A stretch of DNA of 20,000 nucleotides from the IMG/VR virus record IMGVR_UViG_3300044621_002455, one strand, 5' to 3'. Positions 1 to 8,788 of this stretch are shown one piece after another (position 1 is the stretch's first letter; each line of letters begins with the position of its first letter). Made by a program: the position numbers and the translations under genes. Below the pieces are notes generated by a model, which had not been told where the DNA came from, searched no databases, and saw only the letters and a program-made list of their open reading frames with translations. Origin of the DNA: an uncultured virus (IMG/VR IMGVR_UViG_3300044621_002455) (lineage: Duplodnaviria > Heunggongvirae > Uroviricota > Caudoviricetes).

Positions 1-50
1 AATCTTCGTCATCTTAAGGGGCTTTTATACTGACGGCAAAAGGAGGCTAG

Positions 51-746
51 ATGATTCTTCCAGAGGGTTCAATTCGTTTCTGTATTAGTACGTGCAAGAA
101 GTTTGCTCCGCATACCATTCCCGTCATTATTCCCAGCTTGCTTGCTGCCGGCTTGAAGCCAGAGGAGATTTTAATTGTCAATGGTGGGCAAACTGTCAGG
201 GCTTTTACCAGCTACAAAGATGTGCCAATGCTGCTGACGCAGCAAAATTCCTTTGAATACACGCCGCTCATTGAAATTGTTGAGCATTCAATGGAAAGCC
301 AATATTGGTTCCTTTTGCACGATACCTGCATTGCAGGGCCAACTTTTAGGCAGCTTGCTTACGAACCTCCCGTAGAGGTGCCTGAGAAAGTGGCGATGAA
401 GCATACGCCCTCCATGAGCATCGGCCTTTACCGCTACGACTACCTCATGGCTCACAAGGAGCGCTTGATGGCCATTAAAAATACAGATAGCTCACCAGGG
501 GCTTTGCAGCAATGGAAGCAGTGGGGAGTGCCAAACGAGGATTACATGCTTTGGAAGCTTCAAGACGTACCGTGCCACATTTACCATCCAGACAAACACG
601 GTCCTGACGAATGGAATTATCAAGGACACGCAGACCCCTACGGCACTGGCATGCAGCGCCGCATTGAATACTTCCCTCAGTTAGAACTAGCCAAAGCCAA
701 AAGTAATTGGCAAGGCGTACAGCCCCACCTTTGTATTGACATCTGA
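51..746 (+). CDS. Glycosyltransferase-like protein (GT-A-like fold, tentative)
   Basis: 231 aa ORF with GGAGG RBS. N-terminal IRFCIST strand, ILIVNGG and YWFLLHDT resemble GT-A nucleotide-sugar-binding elements. Adjacent to sugar-modifying enzymes. Confidence 0.5.
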   Translation: MILPEGSIRFCISTCKKFAPHTIPVIIPSLLAAGLKPEEILIVNGGQTVRAFTSYKDVPMLLTQQNSFEYTPLIEIVEHSMESQYWFLLHDTCIAGPTFRQLAYEPPVEVPEKVAMKHTPSMSIGLYRYDYLMAHKERLMAIKNTDSSPGALQQWKQWGVPNEDYMLWKLQDVPCHIYHPDKHGPDEWNYQGHADPYGTGMQRRIEYFPQLELAKAKSNWQGVQPHLCIDI

Positions 747-1699
747 TGAAGCGCATTGCAATTATTGGCGGAGGCTGGGTGGGATGCCATTTAGCAATGG
801 CTTTTCGCGATGAGGCAGAAGTGACGCTGTACGAAAAGAACCATACGCTCATTTCGGAAACGTCCTTCATCAATCAGAATCGACTGCACTATGGCTATCA
901 CTACGCCAGGAATGCCGCCACTCGCCGTTTATGCGCCACCACTTTTGTGCGATTTATGGAGGACTATGGCGATCTTGTTCATGATGTAGAGAATAATTAC
1001 TACGCCGTATCAGAAGACGAAAGTCTTCTTGATGCTGAAACCATTTCAATTCTTTTTGGGAGCGGTCCGCATACTTCGCTGGATCCACAAACTTTTAACC
1101 ATACATCGCTCTTGCTGAACACCCCCGAGAAGCGCATTGATGCCATTGGAGCGAGCCTGTATTTTCAATGGTGTCTAGATTCATTGGTTAAAAGGGAAGC
1201 GATTCAACGGTCTAGTTTGCAGTCGCTAAAGAAGGATTACGATTTTATTTTTGACTGTACTAATAATTCCCTCCTGGAGCCATTGCCTTCTCAATTCTTT
1301 GAGGCAGTGGCCATGTTTATTTATCGCCCCAAGAAGCCTCTTCCTTTTGGCGCCCTCACTTACATAGATGGCGAACTGTTCTCCATCTATCCATACAACG
1401 ACAAATGCTTCTCGTTAAGCCATGTGAAGCATGGAATTATGCCTAGCAATTCGCTTGATAATGCGGACAATGCGAGGCGCGAGATTGAGCGGCATGTGGA
1501 GCGCTACTGGCCTGACTTTGCTGATAGCTTTGACTATTTATTCCCAACGCTTTCTATCAAAGCAAAAACTAGAGACAGCAGCGCCAATCGCACGCCATTA
1601 ATGCGCCAAGAAGGCAATTTGTTTTCCTTCTTTACTGGCAAAATCCAAGGCATCTATGCTATTGAGCAAATGGCAAGGCAAATTATTGCTCAACCATAA
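746..1699 (+). CDS. FAD-dependent oxidoreductase (DAO-like)
   Basis: N-terminal RIAIIGGGWVGCHLA...VTLYEK Rossmann motif; TS..NQNRLHYGYHY; C-terminal GKI. Coupled to the upstream gene by a TGATG overlap. Confidence 0.85.
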   Translation: MKRIAIIGGGWVGCHLAMAFRDEAEVTLYEKNHTLISETSFINQNRLHYGYHYARNAATRRLCATTFVRFMEDYGDLVHDVENNYYAVSEDESLLDAETISILFGSGPHTSLDPQTFNHTSLLLNTPEKRIDAIGASLYFQWCLDSLVKREAIQRSSLQSLKKDYDFIFDCTNNSLLEPLPSQFFEAVAMFIYRPKKPLPFGALTYIDGELFSIYPYNDKCFSLSHVKHGIMPSNSLDNADNARREIERHVERYWPDFADSFDYLFPTLSIKAKTRDSSANRTPLMRQEGNLFSFFTGKIQGIYAIEQMARQIIAQP

Positions 1700-2430
1700 A
1701 GCTGCCTAAATAAAGGATATTCGCGATGATGCTTAGGGGCGTCAACCAGTTCACGTGTGATGCCATGCTGATATGAGCTTGAATCAAGAAGAAGCTTGAT
1801 TTGCCTGTGCTCATACTGATTCAGAATGGGGCCGTTGTCAGTGTCGCTGATATGCACGTGAACAATGAAACGAAAATAATGCTTGATGATCTTCATGGGG
1901 CTATCCCCCTGCAGCCAGGCATTGTTCGTATCAAGCATTGTCTTTACATTGCGTAAGTTGTAGAAGTCAATGTGATTGACAATTTCCTCAACTGTATAAA
2001 AATACTTTCCGCCAAATGCCTTAGCAATTGGTTCAATGCAAAGGATGGCATCGTTCGCTTCCAGGACTGAATCCATGCGCTTGAGCGTTTCCATCAGGCT
2101 TGATGGGCTTCCTCTGCGCAATGCAGGACTACCAAGTACAAAGCGTTTGATGCCCATTAACGAACCTAGCCTCACCACTCGCAACAAATGCTCTTGAGTG
2201 GCAGCAACGTCTTCAAAGCTTTGCACTGCACTGTCATAGAACAATGCCTGAGCTGAATACGCCCAAAGCCCGTAATCTTCTCTATAGCGCTTGGCAATAT
2301 CGCCAAAGTCTTCATTCCTCGCGAAGATGCGGGATGGCACCAACTCAATGAAATTGAAAGCGCCAGCATTGACACTTAAGATTTCATGCTCCTCTTCATC
2401 CTTCCAGCCAATAGCACTAATTCCAAGCAT
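1690..2430 (-). CDS. Sugar phosphate isomerase/epimerase, xylose-isomerase-like TIM barrel
   Basis: Motifs IELVP, VLGSP..R, LCIEP, MLDTNN and HVHISD (metal ligands E/D/H/E). ATG at 2430 overlaps the end of the upstream gene. Confidence 0.8.
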   Translation of the reverse strand: MLGISAIGWKDEEEHEILSVNAGAFNFIELVPSRIFARNEDFGDIAKRYREDYGLWAYSAQALFYDSAVQSFEDVAATQEHLLRVVRLGSLMGIKRFVLGSPALRRGSPSSLMETLKRMDSVLEANDAILCIEPIAKAFGGKYFYTVEEIVNHIDFYNLRNVKTMLDTNNAWLQGDSPMKIIKHYFRFIVHVHISDTDNGPILNQYEHRQIKLLLDSSSYQHGITRELVDAPKHHREYPLFRQLYG

Positions 2431-3142
2431 CAATCAAAGCTCCCATCTTCTTCATAGTTTCTTCTTTACTAGCAGAATATGGAGCGTAATTGTATTCAAC
2501 ACGCTTGCCACAATCAACTATTTCCCTTGCCCATGGGAACCACTTGTCAATAATCTCTAAGGTTTCAACGGGTTCGGGAAACCACTGATGTTCTTCGCCT
2601 TTTCTGCAAGCTTCAGTGTCGGCCCATAAGTCATTTAAATCGTACCATTGATAAGACGAATTGGCATTAATCTTCTCCACGTTATTTCTATTGAGAAGAT
2701 CAAACAGCACGTTCTTTTTAATGCGCCGATGGAATAATGCAGGAAGGCGAATGATGGTAATAATTGATTCAGGAAAAGTGCCCCTGACTAACATTTCAAA
2801 AATATAACGAACAGAGCCATAGTCAATCCCGTGAATTTCAGGGAAGTTTTGCACGTATTTGCAAGTTTGACTGTAAATATCAATGGTGGAATAGAGAATA
2901 ATTTCCCTCGGTTTCCATAGTCTTATTTTTGTAACAACGTGATACATATTGTTGAAATCATCCATGGGGGCTTGGTTTGCCTTCCATTTCTCCGCTGGTA
3001 AACAAGCCAGATAAAGCTTGTCAACATCTTCCTTCAGCAATGGTGCAAGGTGAATGTTCTCAGAATTGAAGCGGCAATCAAACTCGTGATGTTCACGAAG
3101 CACGCTGCCGATTAAGCCCGTGCTTCCAACCAATACATCCAT
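2417..3142 (-). CDS. NAD(P)-dependent epimerase/dehydratase-like protein
   Basis: Start moved to ATG 3142 (MDVLVGSTGLIGS, GxxGxxG). Also PAEKWKAN, STIDIY, YG..RY.FE, IRLPALF and KKN.LFDLL. Confidence 0.8.
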   Translation of the reverse strand: MDVLVGSTGLIGSVLREHHEFDCRFNSENIHLAPLLKEDVDKLYLACLPAEKWKANQAPMDDFNNMYHVVTKIRLWKPREIILYSTIDIYSQTCKYVQNFPEIHGIDYGSVRYIFEMLVRGTFPESIITIIRLPALFHRRIKKNVLFDLLNRNNVEKINANSSYQWYDLNDLWADTEACRKGEEHQWFPEPVETLEIIDKWFPWAREIVDCGKRVEYNYAPYSASKEETMKKMGALIDAWN

Positions 3143-3144
3143 GC

Positions 3145-3828
3145 TCAAACCGCTACGACGGGCGCTTGCTGACGCATGTATTGTACGCGGCATTTGCAAT
3201 TGCTCATGCAGGCACAGCGTTGCCCTGGCATTGGCAAACTACCAATAGGCACCGCTCCCCTCGCTGCAAAATTCACGCAATCACTACAGTGCTTTGCCTG
3301 TGGGTCCAAGATGCGACGCATCAGACTGTAGCCTTGTCGTTCTTGACGAATTGCGGAACCCTCCCAGTAAGAACCTCGCACAGCCTGAGAATACATGCCG
3401 ATACGAGCAAGAGCCATGGGAGCAGAAATGCTCCCAGCCAGAAGATCGCGAGCAAAACTCTCCAAGTAACGGTATTCCGCACGAAGGCGTTGGCCGATGC
3501 GGCCCCATTCTGCAGCTTGCATCGAATCTCGTCCACCATTGCCAATGATTGCAGCTTGCGTGTGGGCAAGCTTAAGTGCTTCCCTTACGCTTCGCTGCCA
3601 TTGATCCAGCGTGATATCGCCGCTACTAAGCATGTTTGTAAGACGGCGTAACAAAGTACCAAGCTTGTTAATTCGACCATCGACCAAACTCTCAACGGCA
3701 GACTGGCTGAGAAATCGCCCGTTAGCTCCGCGATAACGGCCACTAACGGGATCGTAGTTCCATGAGGATTGATCCAGGCGAAGCTGAATGGTGGCTGCGA
3801 ATGTTGAGAGATCATTCAGGCTTTGCAT
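3145..3828 (-). CDS. Phage head morphogenesis / minor capsid protein (Mu gpF / SPP1 gp7-like)
   Basis: Directly downstream of the portal. C-terminal HCSDC...LPMPGQRCACMSNCKC Cys motif is typical of this family. Confidence 0.65.
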   Translation of the reverse strand: MQSLNDLSTFAATIQLRLDQSSWNYDPVSGRYRGANGRFLSQSAVESLVDGRINKLGTLLRRLTNMLSSGDITLDQWQRSVREALKLAHTQAAIIGNGGRDSMQAAEWGRIGQRLRAEYRYLESFARDLLAGSISAPMALARIGMYSQAVRGSYWEGSAIRQERQGYSLMRRILDPQAKHCSDCVNFAARGAVPIGSLPMPGQRCACMSNCKCRVQYMRQQAPVVAV

Positions 3829-5680
3829 CCTCTGCCTCCAGGATATCCTTGAAACGCTCAGGCGCTTCCTCTTTCCATTGGTTCAATGCAGCGTCAATGT
3901 CTTCTGGGTTGATCAAAGAGGCTTCGTCAACGTCAGAAAGCACAAGACCTTCCACTTTCATTGCCTCCATTGCATCTTGTTTCTTGAAATATTCAGCAGT
4001 TTCTTTCTTGCCCTTGAATGCTCCTTCCATTGAACCATGCTTGCGCTTGTAAAGAGCCTTGTATTTTTGCGTGACATAAGCCCCAGCAACTGCACTTGGC
4101 CACACCTTGAATTTTGCTTTTGCTGCTGCGATGGCCTGTTGATGCAGCTCCTTGTCCTTGAACTCAGCATCTTCCTTCTCTTCGCGCTTGTGCTCAAGAT
4201 CACCCGACAGATGAAGCGAAGCTGAGTCTTCTACTTCCCTGCTCCCGTCCATGGGAAGCGTGCCATTTTCTTCGTTCATTGGATCGCGGCCACCAGGAGG
4301 TACCGCCAGACCACCCCCTTTCTGAGTGGAACCACCCCCTCCTTGAGTGGGCAATTCTCGGACGACACTGGGATCGAGCGTAAGTTCCATGCTCCATTCA
4401 GAACCGCCGTAGCGGGCGTCTGCCACTTCCTTAGGACTCAATACTCCCAGTTGGATGTAACGGCCATCTACAGCCGCTACACGCGCCCTCACATCCGCCA
4501 TCTCGCGCTCATTAAGCTCGAACAATGGATTAAAAGCAATGCGCCACGACTCAGGCAATTCTCCTTTTGTGGGGCCTTCCTTGCTCAGCATGATGTATTC
4601 AAGCAGCTTCTTCATGGGCCGCTTGAAATTGACGCTTTGATAATCAGCAAGCATCTTGGCAAAGTCACGCTCTTCGCTGCGACCAGTGGAACCAAGACCA
4701 CTCGGGCTTTCGCCAAACAAAACAGTGTGAGGAATCTTGCTGGCGCCAATAATATCAACGCGCAGCTTTTCTAAGATTTCTCCAATGCCACCAAAGTTGC
4801 GACTGATAAATTCAAGCTCTTCTTTCTCCGCATCAATCGCGTAGCCGCGATAAATGCTTTTGCTCATATCATTCACCTGTAGGCGATCACGAATGGAACT
4901 TTCTTTGCCAGCAGCAAGCATCGCTGCCAAGCCCCTCACTTTGTGAACAAAGATGTCAAACTCGGTGAGAAGCGTAGCCGCTGAATTTAATCCCGTCCAA
5001 TAATGCCTGAAGCTGTCATAAACAGTCTGCAAGCTGCTCATGCCCCATCCATAGTTCCTTTGCCGAATGCGATAAGGAAGCCAGTCCCCGTCAAAGCGAA
5101 GAATCCTATCTTTGTGAATGTAGGACAATTGTGGCTGGTTAATTAAATCTCCAGAGATGATCTGATAATAAGTGGCTTTTGAATAGTCGTAGAGGTTTTC
5201 TTCGTTGATAACGGGAGCAATTTGCCATCTATCCAAACATTCAATGTCTTCGATGCGACGTATATTACGTTTATCGACAGGCATGTAAGCGGGACGCCCA
5301 TCGTCAATAAAAAGAAGTAGACAAGCACCCCCATAAAGGCGGGAGTTTTTCGCTGCGAGGTTGAGATGTTCAAGGATGTATAGGTCTTCAATTACTTGTT
5401 CAATGCCTTGTACTTCCTCGGCCCTAACGCCCTCTCCGCCAAACAATACTTTGAAGCCTTTTCGCGTGGCTTGGTCAGCATAGATGTCAACAATACGACG
5501 AGGGAGCCATTCACCATAAAGATTTTCTAGTTCTTCTTGAGCCAAGAAAACAGTGGCCGTAGTTTTAGTATATTGCGCCTTGTCACGGCCAGTGCCCATG
5601 CCAATGAGCACGTTCTGAAGACCATCAGCCCTTACGCCGCCGCTTCCGGCGTGACCAAGATCAACTGCTTCGTTTTCCAT
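3812..5680 (-). CDS. Phage portal protein (DUF1073 / HI1409 family) with C-terminal extension
   Basis: 622 aa. LENLY..WL.RRIVD..ADQATRKGF, SRLYGGA, IHKDRILRF, GWG.S.LQ, IPHTVLFGESPSGL.STG and F.PL.E..E.E.A match DUF1073 portals. Confidence 0.85.
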   Translation of the reverse strand: MENEAVDLGHAGSGGVRADGLQNVLIGMGTGRDKAQYTKTTATVFLAQEELENLYGEWLPRRIVDIYADQATRKGFKVLFGGEGVRAEEVQGIEQVIEDLYILEHLNLAAKNSRLYGGACLLLFIDDGRPAYMPVDKRNIRRIEDIECLDRWQIAPVINEENLYDYSKATYYQIISGDLINQPQLSYIHKDRILRFDGDWLPYRIRQRNYGWGMSSLQTVYDSFRHYWTGLNSAATLLTEFDIFVHKVRGLAAMLAAGKESSIRDRLQVNDMSKSIYRGYAIDAEKEELEFISRNFGGIGEILEKLRVDIIGASKIPHTVLFGESPSGLGSTGRSEERDFAKMLADYQSVNFKRPMKKLLEYIMLSKEGPTKGELPESWRIAFNPLFELNEREMADVRARVAAVDGRYIQLGVLSPKEVADARYGGSEWSMELTLDPSVVRELPTQGGGGSTQKGGGLAVPPGGRDPMNEENGTLPMDGSREVEDSASLHLSGDLEHKREEKEDAEFKDKELHQQAIAAAKAKFKVWPSAVAGAYVTQKYKALYKRKHGSMEGAFKGKKETAEYFKKQDAMEAMKVEGLVLSDVDEASLINPEDIDAALNQWKEEAPERFKDILEAEDAKPE

Positions 5681-5746
5681 AAGCTTTATTTATGGCCATG
5701 ATGTGTTGCTTTTATTCTAGAACCTGGCTACATTGGCACGTAGCTT

Positions 5747-6262
5747 ATGCGCACTATGGCCAGCTTTGGCATCGTTTTCCATTTCAGCGAGGAAGACAAG
5801 GAGCTTGTACGGTCAGAAGCCGTACGCAGGCAGCGTTTCAACGAGGAAAAAGGCCTAAAAGGACGCAATGGAGGGCCGGAACAGGGGGAGAAAGCTCTTT
5901 TTATTCACAAGCTTGGTGCTGCTGGCGAACTGGCAGTGGCAGATTTTCTTAATCTTCGTCAGTTTCTCTATCAAGAAACAGAAGCAAAACGAGGATCTTG
6001 CGATCTTCCGCCAGACATCGACGTGAAAACCCGTTCTCGTCATGACTACGATCTCATCTGCCAATTAGACGAGAAGCCTGGAAAAACCTTAGTGTTGGTT
6101 ACGATACAGAACAAAATCACTCTTCTCCATGGTTGGATGAAAAGTGAAGATGCAATGCAGGAACAATGGAAAAAAGATCCTGCTCGCGGAAGACCAGCTT
6201 ATTTCGTTCCACAATCTGCTTTGTTTCCTCTCATAGACCTACGCCATGCTGAAATGTTCTGA
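5747..6262 (+). CDS. Hypothetical phage protein, PD-(D/E)xK nuclease-like
   Basis: GAAGELAVADFL...D...DIDVKT pattern resembles a restriction-endonuclease-like fold. Overlaps the TerL start. Confidence 0.5.
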   Translation: MRTMASFGIVFHFSEEDKELVRSEAVRRQRFNEEKGLKGRNGGPEQGEKALFIHKLGAAGELAVADFLNLRQFLYQETEAKRGSCDLPPDIDVKTRSRHDYDLICQLDEKPGKTLVLVTIQNKITLLHGWMKSEDAMQEQWKKDPARGRPAYFVPQSALFPLIDLRHAEMF

Positions 6263-7613
6263 CTTTTCTAAGCACGCTCTCAAGCTCGATCTCTACCCTC
6301 AGCAGGCGAAGATTCTCGATAATTTCTTCCAGCCCGATAAGAGCCATGCAGTGTGGGCTCTTGGACGACGATCAGGCAAAACTGTCATGGCGGCAGTGGC
6401 ATGCGTCTATATGTGCTTCGTCTTGGAGGATGAATATCGTCGGCGCGTGAGAAAAGGCGAGAAATGGTACATCGTCACCGTCGCCAACAGTCAGGATCAG
6501 GCTCGCATTGCTCTCAACAACATCCGTCAGCTCATTCTTGACAGTCCCTTCGCTCAAGAAATTGTCCGAGAAACTGCCGACATCATTGAACTGAGCAACA
6601 ATTGCGTGTTCAAAGCTATTCCCACTTCAGGCCGCGCTGCTCGTGGCTTGGCTTGCGCTGGAGCAGTATTTGACGAGCTTGCTTTTGCCACTGAAGGCGA
6701 TGCAAATAGTGGAGGCCGTGGCATCTACGACGCACTATCTCCCGCCATCGCTCAGTTTGGAGGCAAAGGACGCATCCTTGAACTCTCTTCTCCATGGTTA
6801 ACGGACGGCATCTTCTATCAGCATTTCAAAGAAGCAAGCTCTGGCCGCTTCCCTTTCATGCAGGCTATCAACCTCCCAACGTGGGAGATGAACCCAAGCA
6901 TTTCGCAAGAGTTTCTTGACACAGAGAGACAGCGCGATCCAGAGAAGTTTAAAGTGGAATATGGGGCGCAATTCGCGAGCAATCTTTCAGCCCTTGTTGC
7001 AAGCGATGTTGTTGATGCCTGTGTTGATGACCGTCGAGCGGCTCTACCACCCCGCCCTGAATTCCAAGGCGCTTACGTTCTTGCCCTTGACCCCGCCCGT
7101 GGTGGCGTTGGCCGTGACGACTACACTGCTTGCATTGTTCACTATGAGAACGGCACGCTAGTCGTAGACAAATTTCATTCGTTCGCTGCTGATTTTGAAA
7201 TCAATGGAAGGATGGAAGTAAATATCAATGCAGTGGAAGATTGGATTAAAGAGCAGCATCGTCTATATATTTTTGACACCATCGTGATGGACCAGTTCAA
7301 CAGTGCTGGCACCATTCAAAGCCTTGCCAGCGACCTTCCCATCACGGAACTCACTTGGACCGTCAGCTCCAAAATGAAAGCATTCAGCAAGATGCGAGAG
7401 TTGTTTAATGCAGGACAGATCAACGTCTATCGCCATGAGAAAGCAATCATGCAATTAAAGAATCTCACTGTCATCTATAAGCCCAGTGGACAATGGAGTG
7501 TGACTGGTGGCAAGGCTTCGGGAATTGACGACTTGGCATTTGCAATGGCAGGTGCAATTCTTGCCGCTAGTAAAGACGACGACATTGGCTGGATTGAGAG
7601 CTTGATTTCATAG
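6246..7613 (+). CDS. terL: Terminase large subunit
   Basis: Walker A GRRSGKT, Walker B AVFDELAF, coupling motif LSSP, PTWEMNP, EYGAQF; RNase H-like nuclease acidic residues LALDPA, MDQFN, DDLAFA. Confidence 0.92.
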   Translation: MLKCSDFSKHALKLDLYPQQAKILDNFFQPDKSHAVWALGRRSGKTVMAAVACVYMCFVLEDEYRRRVRKGEKWYIVTVANSQDQARIALNNIRQLILDSPFAQEIVRETADIIELSNNCVFKAIPTSGRAARGLACAGAVFDELAFATEGDANSGGRGIYDALSPAIAQFGGKGRILELSSPWLTDGIFYQHFKEASSGRFPFMQAINLPTWEMNPSISQEFLDTERQRDPEKFKVEYGAQFASNLSALVASDVVDACVDDRRAALPPRPEFQGAYVLALDPARGGVGRDDYTACIVHYENGTLVVDKFHSFAADFEINGRMEVNINAVEDWIKEQHRLYIFDTIVMDQFNSAGTIQSLASDLPITELTWTVSSKMKAFSKMRELFNAGQINVYRHEKAIMQLKNLTVIYKPSGQWSVTGGKASGIDDLAFAMAGAILAASKDDDIGWIESLIS

Positions 7614-7657
7614 ACAATTCTCCTAGTATGATTTTCAAACAATAGTTCTTCCATGGG

Positions 7658-7924
7658 ATGAATAATTGCAATTTATCTATGCAAGAGACTCAGTTTCTCA
7701 TTGCACTCCTAATAAATGGCACAACTAGCAAGCAAACGTGCCTTCAGCTTCTCGCCGCCGAACACCTCTACATTCCCACGCTTCTGCCCAAGCTCAAGGC
7801 TCATGCAAAACAGCTAAGACAAGCCGAGCTTGTTGCGTTGGAAAGCGATGGCGGAGAGGAGGATGACTATTGCCGAGACCGCAGCTTTCCCGAAGAGCAG
7901 TCCCTGAGGGAATATGACGCCTAA
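7658..7924 (+). CDS. Hypothetical protein
   Basis: 88 aa ORF after TerL, preceded by a TATGAT -10-like box near 7627. The start may be ATG 7679. Confidence 0.5.
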   Translation: MNNCNLSMQETQFLIALLINGTTSKQTCLQLLAAEHLYIPTLLPKLKAHAKQLRQAELVALESDGGEEDDYCRDRSFPEEQSLREYDA

Positions 7925-7933
7925 GTCAAGGCG

Positions 7934-7942
7934 TGTTATGAT
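7934..7942 (+). promoter_or_regulatory. Extended -10 promoter (TGnTATGAT)
   Basis: tgttatgat lies immediately upstream of a hairpin-dense non-coding stretch. Confidence 0.5.
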
Positions 7943-7948
7943 TTCAAA

Positions 7949-8133
7949 GCTTTCGCGAAGCACGCTGGCCAGCGTTGGATCAACAAGGAACAATGGTTTC
8001 AGGCGCCATTGTTTCGTAAAGCGATGTTGCACATCGCTGCCCTGTGCAACAGGGCCTTCAGGGGAAGAGGGGAGTAGGCCCACCTGCTCTGAAATGCTGT
8101 ACAAGGCGGATTGAAGCCCCGCTCAGCGCCCTC
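7949..8133 (+). ncRNA. Candidate multi-hairpin structured RNA
   Basis: At least seven consecutive stem-loops and no convincing ORF. Follows an extended -10 box. Confidence 0.5.
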
Positions 8134-8170
8134 AACTTCCTCTAGCCTCCCCTTTGCTACACTGATGGTA

Positions 8171-8220
8171 CGTTCGGCCTTCGGGCTGCATAATCACTTG
8201 AGGATGGAACGGGCCTCAAG
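8171..8220 (+). promoter_or_regulatory. Glutamine riboswitch, Downstream-peptide (glutamine-II)-like
   Basis: CGTTC...GGAACG P1 stem; internal hairpin ggcc-ttcg-ggct; pseudoknot cttgagg (8197-8203) / cctcaag (8214-8220). Upstream -10-like TACACT; downstream DUF4278-like peptide. Confidence 0.75.
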
Positions 8221-8236
8221 GTTATGGAGAACCATC

Positions 8237-8356
8237 ATGAACCCACTCGCCCTCATCAAGCAGCAGCTTGAGAAAGCAGCTCGTCTGCGTGAAGCACAAA
8301 TGGCTTCGCTGGTCTATCGCGGCGTCGCTTATGTGCCCAAGCCTCATTGGTTTTGA
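8237..8356 (+). CDS. DUF4278-like small protein (39 aa)
   Basis: MNPLALIKQQLEKAARLREAQMASLVYRGVAYVPKPHWF contains the L.YRGV.Y signature; GGAGA RBS at 8226. Confidence 0.75.
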   Translation: MNPLALIKQQLEKAARLREAQMASLVYRGVAYVPKPHWF

Positions 8357-8384
8357 CCTGCTATTGGTTCTGAACTAACTGAGC

Positions 8385-8410
8385 AAGGGGGAGCTTAAGC
8401 TCCCTTTTTT
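8385..8410 (+). terminator. Intrinsic terminator
   Basis: aagggggagc-ttaa-gctccctttttt, between convergent genes. Confidence 0.7.
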
Positions 8411-8610
8411 AATGCTTGAACGCAACTAGATGGTTGCCCATTATTCCAATGGCGAACGACGCCAGAAATTATCATCGCGTTTGTAATTAAATACGAAGCG
8501 AAAATAAATGTGCGGACAAGAGCAACTCTGTCCGCCTCCTTATGACAATTGCTCTCTTTCGCTCCCAGCGCCTTCGCCCATACTCGCCACGCTCCTTTCT
8601 TCCTGCTCAT
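8395..8610 (-). CDS. Small hypothetical membrane protein
   Basis: 71 aa; WRVWAKALG.K...AD.VA.VRT followed by a hydrophobic helix ending in RHW. Confidence 0.6.
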   Translation of the reverse strand: MSRKKGAWRVWAKALGAKESNCHKEADRVALVRTFIFASYLITNAMIISGVVRHWNNGQPSSCVQALKKGA

Positions 8611-8788
8611 AAATCCAAGCTTTTAGCTCTGTCACATACCCTCTAATGATGGCAGCTTTTTCAAGATGCCACTGGTCCATGGTGAGAAAATATTGCGCAT
8701 TGTGCCAATCAATGGCTCGTAACGATTGATAGATGATGGGATTGAGCGGTTCACGCAGGGGAGTATTGAAGGTCCGGCGCTCGGTCAT
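8540..8788 (-). CDS. Hypothetical protein (82 aa)
   Basis: ATG 8788 (MTERRTFNTPLREP...AID.HN...WH.EKA) overlaps its neighbours in operon fashion. Confidence 0.6.
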   Translation of the reverse strand: MTERRTFNTPLREPLNPIIYQSLRAIDWHNAQYFLTMDQWHLEKAAIIRGYVTELKAWIYEQEERSVASMGEGAGSEREQLS

